Below, in pieces: positions 34,269 through 41,653 of a DNA stretch of 41,653 nt; position 1 is the stretch's first letter; every line of letters begins with the position of its first letter. Both the position numbers and the translations under genes were made by a program. The notes beneath the pieces are model-generated. The model saw only the letters and a list, made by a program, of their open reading frames with translations, had not been told where the DNA came from and searched no databases. Origin of the DNA: a virus (taxonomy: Duplodnaviria > Caudoviricetes); IMG/VR virus record IMGVR_UViG_3300048578_000191, positions 1 to 41,653 of that record, one strand, 5' to 3'.

Positions 34269-35257
34269 GTCGGCGTCTCCTCCTGCGCCACGCCCAGCAG
34301 GCGCCGGCCCTCGAGGTCCGTGCGTGAGACCAGCAGCCGCGGCTGGCCGGGAAGACCGGGCCGCCAGCGCTGCGCGCCGATGGCGGACGTCAAGCCCGCG
34401 CGGGCCTGAGGCACGCCTTCGGCCATCATCTGCGTCGCCTCCTGGCGCGTGGACCATTCGCCGCGTGGCGATTGATCCCAGATCACCAGCCGCTGAGGAT
34501 CAGGGGCGATGACGGACGCGGGATCCCAACCGTCGGTGAACGATCGCTCGACCGTCTGCCGCTCGAGGAACTGCCAGACGCCGGGGGTCAGACGCTCGTG
34601 CATCGCGCGGGACCACATCCCTTCGACGTAGAGCCGGCGGCCGGCGCTGATCAGGTAATGGGCCGCGACCAAAAGATCATCGGCGTACGGCTCGGCGTGG
34701 GCCGTCGCGGCGGAGTCGATCGCCAGGTCAAAGCCGACCGAGCGGGCCGCCCGCACGTACTCGTTGAGGGCGTAGCGGGCGGACTCTTCGTCGACGTGGT
34801 GGTGCATCGCGCCGACGTACACGACCACCCGAACGCCGCGAAGCCGCAGCGTCCCGATCAGGTTGAGCATCGACTGCTTCCACTCGTCGGTCAGGTTCCG
34901 CGCCGCGTCGATCGCCATGCGGCTCAGCGTGGTCCCCATTGGCAGGTGCAGCCAGACCTCCGAGCCGGGCCCGAATCGATCCAGCGGGATGCGCCCGCCC
35001 ATGCTGCGGTTGAGCAGGCACATCGCGCGGGCGGGATCGCAGTAGATCAGCCCCGGGATCCCGATCGGGTTGTGGACGTTGTCGTCGCTGAACCGCACCG
35101 TGCTGGCGCACTGGCACAGGTACGACGTGAGCGGCGTGCCCTGATCGAGCCCGCCGGCGGGCGTGGCCGGCGTGGCCTTGTCCCCGGGCAATGAGGGGGA
35201 AGGCCGAACGGTGGACTCTCGGGGTTGGGCGTTGGGGGTGTTGATCTGGCCGTCCAT
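34265..35257 (-). CDS. Hypothetical alpha/beta protein
   Basis: Coupled start and stop; alternating helix/strand pattern. Confidence 0.6.
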   Translation of the reverse strand: MDGQINTPNAQPRESTVRPSPSLPGDKATPATPAGGLDQGTPLTSYLCQCASTVRFSDDNVHNPIGIPGLIYCDPARAMCLLNRSMGGRIPLDRFGPGSEVWLHLPMGTTLSRMAIDAARNLTDEWKQSMLNLIGTLRLRGVRVVVYVGAMHHHVDEESARYALNEYVRAARSVGFDLAIDSAATAHAEPYADDLLVAAHYLISAGRRLYVEGMWSRAMHERLTPGVWQFLERQTVERSFTDGWDPASVIAPDPQRLVIWDQSPRGEWSTRQEATQMMAEGVPQARAGLTSAIGAQRWRPGLPGQPRLLVSRTDLEGRRLLGVAQEETPT

Positions 35258-35649
35258 TAGTGCTCCCTTCGAGCGCGGGCCTCTTCGGCCATCCTGGCGA
35301 TTTTGTGGGTGAACACGACGTATCGATTCGGCGGGTTGCCGACGCGGAAGAGCCGCTGCCCCTTCTCCCGCTTGACCAGCCCCTGCCCCACCAGATCGCG
35401 GATGGCTCGGTAGCAGACCGCGTCACAGACCCCGACCAGGTCGGCGATCCGCGTGTAGGTGAGCGATTCGCCGCGGTGTCGGACCAGGACGATGAGCACC
35501 GACCGCAGCGTCGGCGTGAGGCACGTCTGCCGCCGCACTCCCGGCGTGCCGGCGATGGGCGCGTCGTAGATGTCCTCGACCACCCGCGCATCAAGCGGAG
35601 CCGGTGCCAGCGCCCGGGCGGTGAGTCCGGTTGGCGAGGTCATGATCAC
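35257..35649 (-). CDS. Winged helix-turn-helix protein
   Basis: LTYTRIADLVGV...CYRAIRDLVGQGLVKRE...NRYVV. Confidence 0.75.
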   Translation of the reverse strand: MIMTSPTGLTARALAPAPLDARVVEDIYDAPIAGTPGVRRQTCLTPTLRSVLIVLVRHRGESLTYTRIADLVGVCDAVCYRAIRDLVGQGLVKREKGQRLFRVGNPPNRYVVFTHKIARMAEEARARREH

Positions 35650-36152
35650 GCCGCCACCGCCGTTTCAAGGGACGGGGCCACCAGCGATCTCGGCACGTTG
35701 AAGAGCGACAGCGACCCGCGGTACGGAATGCCCCGCACAAACTTCCGGGCGTTGCGAAGCATGAAGCAAAAGGGGCCGGCGTGCCAGACGGTGCCGTTGG
35801 GATCCAGCTCGGCGGCACCGGCGACGTCGACGCAGGTGTAGAGATCGACCACGCCGACAATCTCTCCAAACTGCAGCTCGGCGTCCATGTTCGTGACGCC
35901 GCGTTCGCGGGCCGCCTCAACCAGCTCGTGCGCTTGCGGGTCCGTCAGGCCGTCCATCCACCGCCGCGACCGGCTGGCGTGGATGAGCAGCTGGCCGCGG
36001 TGCGTGGTGGCCCACGGGCGATTCTCGACCCGCTTGATGCGCCAGAAGATGGCCAGCGGATACGGCTGGCACACCGACAAGCACTTGATCATCCCGCCAT
36101 CCATGCCAACCTCCACAGTCCCTGCCACAATGCCCGATGTGTCGCCGCTCAC
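35646..36152 (-). CDS. ASCH domain protein
   Basis: LSVCQPY..I...KRVENRPW.T.HRG.LLIHAS...G.IVGVVDL. Confidence 0.88.
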   Translation of the reverse strand: MSGDTSGIVAGTVEVGMDGGMIKCLSVCQPYPLAIFWRIKRVENRPWATTHRGQLLIHASRSRRWMDGLTDPQAHELVEAARERGVTNMDAELQFGEIVGVVDLYTCVDVAGAAELDPNGTVWHAGPFCFMLRNARKFVRGIPYRGSLSLFNVPRSLVAPSLETAVAA

Positions 36153-36718
36153 TTATCCCAAATGCACACGCCGTCCAGGTGGTCGATCTCGTGCTGCCAG
36201 ACCCGCGCCGCCAGGTCCCTGCAGTAGATGGTCACCGTGTGCCCGCACACATCGGTGTAGACCACGCGGATGCTGCGGTAGCGCGACACGAAGAGGCGCA
36301 GCCCCGGATCCGAGAGACATCCTTCAACGGCGGCGGTCTTGCCTTGACCTTCAGGAGTCCACGTCGGATTGATCGCGGTGATGAACCCGGACGCGGTCTT
36401 CACCACCACCACGCGCCAGCGGACGCCGACCTGCGGCGCTGACAGCCCAAGGCCCTGATGCACCACACACAGGTTCGTCATGATCATGCCGAGCGCACAA
36501 GCCCGATCCAGATACTCGGGGGTGATCGGCAGCGGCACGCACGCGGCCTTCAGCGCCGGGTGCCGGCGATCGACCAGCCGCAGCTCGGCCCGCCCGACGG
36601 CGAAGTCGTCGAGCATCGAGCGCACGCCCACGTCGCCACTCTGGCCAGTGCACCGAGAGCACAGCCGCCCATCGTCTTCCTCGTGATACGTCCCGCAGTT
36701 CGAACAATGCCCGCTCAT
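36149..36718 (-). CDS. def: Peptide deformylase with an N-terminal CxxC..CxxC extension
   Basis: Motifs GLGLSAPQVG, EGCLS and QHEIDHLDG. Confidence 0.93.
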   Translation of the reverse strand: MSGHCSNCGTYHEEDDGRLCSRCTGQSGDVGVRSMLDDFAVGRAELRLVDRRHPALKAACVPLPITPEYLDRACALGMIMTNLCVVHQGLGLSAPQVGVRWRVVVVKTASGFITAINPTWTPEGQGKTAAVEGCLSDPGLRLFVSRYRSIRVVYTDVCGHTVTIYCRDLAARVWQHEIDHLDGVCIWDK

Positions 36719-36784
36719 GCTTCACGCTCCCGTTCACGTCGTTGTCTTCAAATCCCCCTGCTCGAGCTCTCGACCAAGCAGGAC

Positions 36785-37198
36785 TCACGCATGGGGCGGG
36801 TCAGACTCGATCACAATCCTGTCAACCCTCAGGAGCTTTTCGGCCACGTCCGCGGGAATGCCGTTGTGCTCGGCGAGCACGCGAACATGGGCGATTGCCG
36901 ACTTCAAAGCGAAGCGGGCTTCGCATTCCAGACGCATGTGAAGCGGCAGCTCGAAGAACCGGCGACAGATGGTGTCCTTGGGCTCGGCGTCATAGGCGGT
37001 TCCGCACGGCAGATCCCGCGGCCAGTCCATGAGGTCAGCGATGTCCTGCGGAGCTGTCGGCCGGCAGTGACTCATGAAGTACACCAGCAGAGACACGGAC
37101 CTGGCATCCGGCACGAACACTGCCTCCGATGTCAACGACGTCGGTCGATCGATTCTGCCCTCGGACTCTGCGCCTGCGTCCTTCTTTCCAGCTGGCAT
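36785..37198 (-). CDS. Hypothetical protein
   Basis: AAGGAGG RBS. Confidence 0.55.
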   Translation of the reverse strand: MPAGKKDAGAESEGRIDRPTSLTSEAVFVPDARSVSLLVYFMSHCRPTAPQDIADLMDWPRDLPCGTAYDAEPKDTICRRFFELPLHMRLECEARFALKSAIAHVRVLAEHNGIPADVAEKLLRVDRIVIESDPPHA

Positions 37199-37324
37199 GA
37201 ATGCCTCCTTTCAATCCCCCGCCCCGGATCTCTCCGGAGCGGGATCGCTCGTATCGCACGCGAGTCACGAGGCGGGTGCTTGTTCTCGGGGATCCCAGGT
37301 CCGGGCACTCCGCATGGGATTCCG

Positions 37325-37837
37325 TTACACGCGCGGCGGCCACTGCCACGTGCCGGCCGTTGGCAGCGGCTCCTGCGACCGCGGCACGCGGGCCTTCATG
37401 AAGCGCCCGACCATCCAGGTCGGGTCGTTGTAGATGTGGAGGTTCACCTCGCCGCTCTCATGCACGTGCGTGATGATCGCCGGATAGGGCTGGCCCTTGG
37501 AGCCGAACGACGGGTTGTCGATGCGCTCGTCGGGCGTGGGCAGGTAGTGCACGATGCGCCCCACCGTGGGGCGACCGCCCGAGCCAAGGATGTTCACGTC
37601 CTTGGGCTTGTCCCAGTTCGCGTCGAGCGTGGCATTGAGCGGAGCTCGCGGGCATGGGTCGCCCGGTTGCAGCTGGGCGTTGGTGTCGGCGTGGGGGTCG
37701 GCGTTGTTGTCGGGCATGGTGGTCTCCTGAGCCGCGAAGAGCAGCGGCGTGTGGGCCGGGTCGAACTTGCGGGCGATGAGCCGATCGACCCAATCGGCGT
37801 GCCCTTCCTGGGCGGAGTTGACGCGCTCCGCGCTCAC
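37325..37837 (-). CDS. Conserved-looking phage hypothetical protein (alternative start at 37717 with AGGAG RBS)
   Basis: PTVGRIVHY...PAIITHV...VNL...GTWQWPPRV pattern. Confidence 0.65.
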   Translation of the reverse strand: MSAERVNSAQEGHADWVDRLIARKFDPAHTPLLFAAQETTMPDNNADPHADTNAQLQPGDPCPRAPLNATLDANWDKPKDVNILGSGGRPTVGRIVHYLPTPDERIDNPSFGSKGQPYPAIITHVHESGEVNLHIYNDPTWMVGRFMKARVPRSQEPLPTAGTWQWPPRV

Positions 37838-38604
37838 GAGTGCAGGTGCTCCTGACTGACGCGCAGGCGGTCGATGTACTCCTGCCGGCGTTCGGCGGGG
37901 ATCGGCTCCATGCCGCACAGCCGGAACGCCTGGCCCTCGTCGGCGACGGGCACGACGCGGCCCATCGTGTCGACCAGATGCCCCTGGATGCTCGCCTGCC
38001 GATCACGCGGGATCCGATGCGTGCGCTTCCACTGCTGGAGGAAGTACTCGCCGAAGGACGAGGGGCCGGTGCGCATCAGCAGCACCCACCCGCGATTGGC
38101 CGGCGTGTACCGGAAGATCTGCGCCTGCACGAACGCAACGCCGGGCGGGAGCTCGGACCACCAGACAGCCAGCTTCATGGCCCGGAATCCCGGACTGAAA
38201 CCCTCCATCGCCCGGATCGTGATCCCTTCCTCATGGAGGTACCCCGCGTCCCACCCGCGCAGCTGGTCGAGCGGGTTGGCCTGGAACAGGCCGATGTCGA
38301 TCTTGACCGGGTTCTCGACCACGCGGTTGAGGGCCAGGAAGAGCGGGTCGTCGAGCGGGGCAATCCCGCGGTCGGTGACCTGCGTCAGGGGAGAGTCGCC
38401 GCCGACGCCGAGCTTGGCCGGCGGCAGGGGCGCGGCCAGCTCCACGTCGCCGACGTCGGGGCGCTCCCGGCGCACGCTCCCGACGGTGGCCAGCTGCGCC
38501 CACTCGGGGCGCGGATGGTGCCCCACCGGACCGAGCACGCCGTGCAACAGATCGGCGATGAGCGTCCGCGCGGTGGCGTTGGCGATGCGGGGGCCGGAGC
38601 TCAC
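37834..38604 (-). CDS. DNA polymerase X (Pol beta-like) palm+thumb protein with a non-canonical catalytic triad
   Basis: VGSVRRERPDVGDVEL, LMRTGPSSF and VADEGQAFRLCGMEPIPAERR motifs. Confidence 0.82.
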   Translation of the reverse strand: MSSGPRIANATARTLIADLLHGVLGPVGHHPRPEWAQLATVGSVRRERPDVGDVELAAPLPPAKLGVGGDSPLTQVTDRGIAPLDDPLFLALNRVVENPVKIDIGLFQANPLDQLRGWDAGYLHEEGITIRAMEGFSPGFRAMKLAVWWSELPPGVAFVQAQIFRYTPANRGWVLLMRTGPSSFGEYFLQQWKRTHRIPRDRQASIQGHLVDTMGRVVPVADEGQAFRLCGMEPIPAERRQEYIDRLRVSQEHLHS

Positions 38605-40412
38605 GCGTCACCCCTCTCCGCGGCCTCATCCTCTTCCGCAAACCTCTCCCCCGCCTCGTCGGCGGCCTTCTTCTCAGCGGCCATCTTCTCCGCGTCCTTG
38701 ACATCGGCCGCCTTGGCCGGGCGATCCTGCTCGTCCAGGAACTGCTCGAGCGTCGGCATCGGCGGCGCCTCGATCCCCAGCGCCTTGGCCAGCTGCTCGG
38801 GCACGGTGTTGTGGCGATCGTCCCAGTCGTCGAAGACCTCGAACCACGGCCCCTTGAGGCCTCGTTCCAGCTCGCAGATCCGCTCGAAGGACGGGGCCAC
38901 GACGGCGGAGATGGCCGCGGCCAGGCCCGGGCTCTGCTGCGCCTGCTTCATTTTCTTGCCGCTCCGCGTCGCGGGGAGGAGATCCGAGAAGCTGAACAGC
39001 GCCAGCGCCGCCAGGCGACCCGGGACGTCCGTGGCCTTGGCGTCGATCGCCTGGTTGATCACGCGGATGCGGTTGCGGAGGGCGACCTCGAGCTGCTGCT
39101 GGGCCTTGTTGCGCCGGGCGTTCTCCTGGGCGTTGACGCTGGTCTTGGCCGCCGCCGCGCCTCCGTGCGCGGCTTCGGCGGCATCGGCCTGCTTGGCCTT
39201 CGCCAGGAGCTCGTCGAACTTCCGATCGACGGCGGTGGGCTTGACGTAGACCGGGGCGGCGCTCACCGCGGCGCGGGCCTCCTGCTTCCGCTCGGCGGGC
39301 TTGAGGTCCTCGTCGCCGGCGAGCTTCACGGCCTTGGTCGCGACCGAGCGGATCGCCTTGGTGGAGGCGGCCAGCTTGGCGCGGTAGCAGGACTCGCGGG
39401 TGCAGATCCCCTGCTCCGGCTCCTTCTGTGCGCCGTAGGGCACGGCGGCGTTGGGCGCGACCGTGAACTTCCCCTCGCCGCCGAACAGGCCGGGATTGGT
39501 CGCCGTGTTGTGCGGGCAACCGACGCACGCGGGCTTGCCGTCAAAGGGCACCTCGAGCTTCCAGCCCACCGTCGCGAGGCTGAACAGGTGCTTGCCGCAC
39601 AACTGGCGGGTTTCCTCGATCGTGAGCGGCAGCGCCCCCTCGTGCTCCTCGGCCTGCACGGCGAGGATGATCTCGTTCTGAATGGCCGGATCGATCACGG
39701 TGGCGATCACGCGGGCGTGCGCGAGGGGAAGCCGTCCAGCCTTCAGCGCCGCGCGACCCTCGGGCGTGAGGCGGGCGATGTACGCGCGATCGCGCACCCA
39801 TCCCTCACTCACCCCCAGGCGGCGGGCGACGGCCGACATGAGCTTGGGCTTGAGCGATGCAGCGACCTGGTTGAACTCGGGCGACGCCGCGCCGTACTGG
39901 CGGCGGGCCTCCAGGTCCAGGAGCTCGACGACGGTGATGCCCTGCTCGACGGCCGACGGATCGGTGCGCTTCTCGTTCTCGATGAGCTGCAGCTCGCGGA
40001 TCTGCTCCTCGCTGAGCGCCGGGTAGACCTTGGCCTCGATGGTCGTCATCTTGGCCAGGGGGGCGGCCTCGGCCCGCGTCGCGCCGAAGACGATCCGGAA
40101 GCGACCGAGCCGGTTGCTCGGGCACACGCCGATGGGCTGCAGCTGGCCCTGCGCCTCGAGGGAGCGGGCCATGTCCGCGACCTTGGCCCGGTGGGCCGCA
40201 TCGTGGTCGCGGTTCTTGGCGGCAAACTCCAGCCGATCGACCGGGATCGATCGGATGTGCAGGGGGTCGGGGATGCCCGGCACTCCGGTCGGCTTCGCGG
40301 GGGCCGGCTTCACGGTGGCCGGCCTCACGGAAACAGGCCGGGCCTTGGTCTTGTTGGCCGTCTTCTTCTTGGCCTTGGGTCGCTTCCCCGCCGTCTTCTT
40401 CGCCGCGCTCAT
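38601..40412 (-). CDS. parB: ParB/RepB/Spo0J family protein with HTH and Cys cluster
   Basis: GQLQPIGV, IVFGATR..AA, QLIENEKR.D, HTH, CVGCPHNT..GIC...CY. Confidence 0.88.
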   Translation of the reverse strand: MSAAKKTAGKRPKAKKKTANKTKARPVSVRPATVKPAPAKPTGVPGIPDPLHIRSIPVDRLEFAAKNRDHDAAHRAKVADMARSLEAQGQLQPIGVCPSNRLGRFRIVFGATRAEAAPLAKMTTIEAKVYPALSEEQIRELQLIENEKRTDPSAVEQGITVVELLDLEARRQYGAASPEFNQVAASLKPKLMSAVARRLGVSEGWVRDRAYIARLTPEGRAALKAGRLPLAHARVIATVIDPAIQNEIILAVQAEEHEGALPLTIEETRQLCGKHLFSLATVGWKLEVPFDGKPACVGCPHNTATNPGLFGGEGKFTVAPNAAVPYGAQKEPEQGICTRESCYRAKLAASTKAIRSVATKAVKLAGDEDLKPAERKQEARAAVSAAPVYVKPTAVDRKFDELLAKAKQADAAEAAHGGAAAAKTSVNAQENARRNKAQQQLEVALRNRIRVINQAIDAKATDVPGRLAALALFSFSDLLPATRSGKKMKQAQQSPGLAAAISAVVAPSFERICELERGLKGPWFEVFDDWDDRHNTVPEQLAKALGIEAPPMPTLEQFLDEQDRPAKAADVKDAEKMAAEKKAADEAGERFAEEDEAAERGDA

Positions 40413-41617
40413 GACACCGCGTCCTTCCTGGCGGCATGGCCGCCCTCGTCCCCGCGGGGCGTTCTTGCCCGCGCGTCAATGCTGGCCTGCACCCGGTACA
40501 GCCGGACGACCTCCGCCTCCGCGTCGCGCCACTTGGCGTCGATCTGCAGCGTCGGCGAATAGAGCACGCCCGGGTTCTTCTGGCTTTCGCCAAGCCCCCA
40601 GAGCACAAAGCCCAGGGGGTTGAACGGCCGCTTGGCGGCGGCCGCCTCGCGGATCGCATCCTCCGCGGCCTCGATGAGGCTCTGCACCCGCGCCGGCTCG
40701 GCGGCGGCCAGGTCGGCCAGCTCGCGGGCCTTGCTGAGTGGGCAGGTCGTGAGTCCCTTGCTGCGCCATCCGGCGATCGCGTCCTGGAGCATGCCCAGAG
40801 ACTTGCCCCGTCTCCAGGCCTTGATCCTCTCCTCCGTCATCGCCCGCGCCCGAGCGCCCACCACAGCAAGCACATCTCCCTCCGGGCGCTCACCGCTCTC
40901 GTTCTGGGGGGCCGGTGCTTGGGAGGGGGCTGGCGTGTGGTCGGCGCGCGGCGTCCCCGGATCCCCTCGAGCGGGATCCGGAGCGGAGCCAGATGACGGC
41001 GGAGCGCTCAGGGGAGCGCTGGATTTTGCGCGCTCAGGGATGGGCGCTGGAGCAGGAGCGCTGAGTCCGGAGGGTGAGCGCTCGGAATTGGAGCGCACCG
41101 GAGGCGCAGCGGATGCAAGTGCATGCGAGTGCACTGCACTTGCATGCGTTTGCATAGCACTCGCATGCGAGTGCAGTGCAAGTCGATGCGGCTGCTGAGC
41201 AGTCGCATCGGGCCCGCCGGCCGCCCCGGCGTCGGGGCCGGCCGTGGCGTCCTGCGCCGGACCCCACCGGGCCCGGGCGGACTGGGCCCGCTTGGTGCGG
41301 ATCTGGGCCGAGGACTCGGCGAGGGCGACGTAGACCCGCAGCGGGGCCTCCAGGACGATCCTGGCGGAGCCGGGTGCGGCGGTGGCCCCGAGGGCCAGGT
41401 AGAGGCGATCGCGTGCCGCGGCCCACTGGGCGGGCTCGAGGCGGGCGATGACGGCCAGGAACAGCTCGTCGGCCGGGAGCGTGCAGGGCGGCGTCTCGGA
41501 CCAGGCGGCCCGGACCAGGCGGAGATAGGCCCCCAGCTCGGTCGCCGACAGGGCGTCCAGGACGCCGGCGGGTGCCAGGGCCTCGAGTTCGAAGGGGAAT
41601 GCGACGCGTTCGGCCAT
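40409..41617 (-). CDS. YdaU/DUF1376-like phage replication initiator
   Basis: LSATELGAYLRLV..AW...TLPADE..LA.IARL...W N-terminal domain, A.ARW motif, internal DNA repeats. Confidence 0.65.
   Translation of the reverse strand: MAERVAFPFELEALAPAGVLDALSATELGAYLRLVRAAWSETPPCTLPADELFLAVIARLEPAQWAAARDRLYLALGATAAPGSARIVLEAPLRVYVALAESSAQIRTKRAQSARARWGPAQDATAGPDAGAAGGPDATAQQPHRLALHSHASAMQTHASAVHSHALASAAPPVRSNSERSPSGLSAPAPAPIPERAKSSAPLSAPPSSGSAPDPARGDPGTPRADHTPAPSQAPAPQNESGERPEGDVLAVVGARARAMTEERIKAWRRGKSLGMLQDAIAGWRSKGLTTCPLSKARELADLAAAEPARVQSLIEAAEDAIREAAAAKRPFNPLGFVLWGLGESQKNPGVLYSPTLQIDAKWRDAEAEVVRLYRVQASIDARARTPRGDEGGHAARKDAVS
41113..41190. repeat. TGCA-rich iteron-like cluster; candidate replication origin
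   Basis: Direct repeat gcatgcgagtgca(c/g)tgca at 41121 and 41163; perfect 18-bp palindrome at 41157-41174. Confidence 0.65.
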
Positions 41618-41653
41618 ACCAATCGGGGGGGCGGGGCGTAGGCCCCGCCGTCC
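41600..41653. repeat. Terminal direct repeat, copy 2
   Basis: Matches 1-54 with two substitutions. Confidence 0.9.

Larger units (their letters stand above)
1..41653. mobile_element. Temperate tailed phage genome (siphovirus, lambda-type head genes), probably complete and circular
   Basis: Integrase, replication, terminase, portal, protease, capsid and tail genes are all present; there is a terminal 54-bp repeat and no flanking block of host genes. Confidence 0.9.

Overview
The window is most likely a complete ~41.6-kb circular genome of a GC-rich temperate siphovirus. A 54-bp near-identical repeat joins the two ends, and gene order continues across the junction. Almost all genes are on the minus strand. 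In circular order the early and middle region encodes a tyrosine integrase, ATP-dependent DNA ligase, truncated beta-clamp-like protein, YdaU/DUF1376-like replication initiator with internal repeats, ParB, PolX-like protein, peptide deformylase, ASCH protein, MmcB-like nuclease and CsrA-like protein. The late region is a lambda-type morphogenesis module: Nu1-like TerS, GpA TerL, gpW-like protein, portal, S49 protease/scaffold, decoration protein, capsid, a putative lysis cassette, connectors, tail tube, tape measure and Cys-rich distal tail proteins. A plus-strand island carries an XRE HTH protein, a ParB-DNA methyltransferase fusion and an orphan P27-type TerS. A membrane-protein moron lies antisense inside the tail operon. 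The most unusual features are telomere-like G-tract repeats and gene-end duplications at late-gene junctions, GTAG-type REP palindromes, a structured promoter-bearing region hidden in the integrase 3' end, a ligase/clamp/PolX/nuclease set, and a lysis region with no recognisable endolysin but a signal-peptide beta-helix protein. A Planctomycetota host is only a guess from composition and repeat style. All calls come from motif recognition by eye; no database searches were run.
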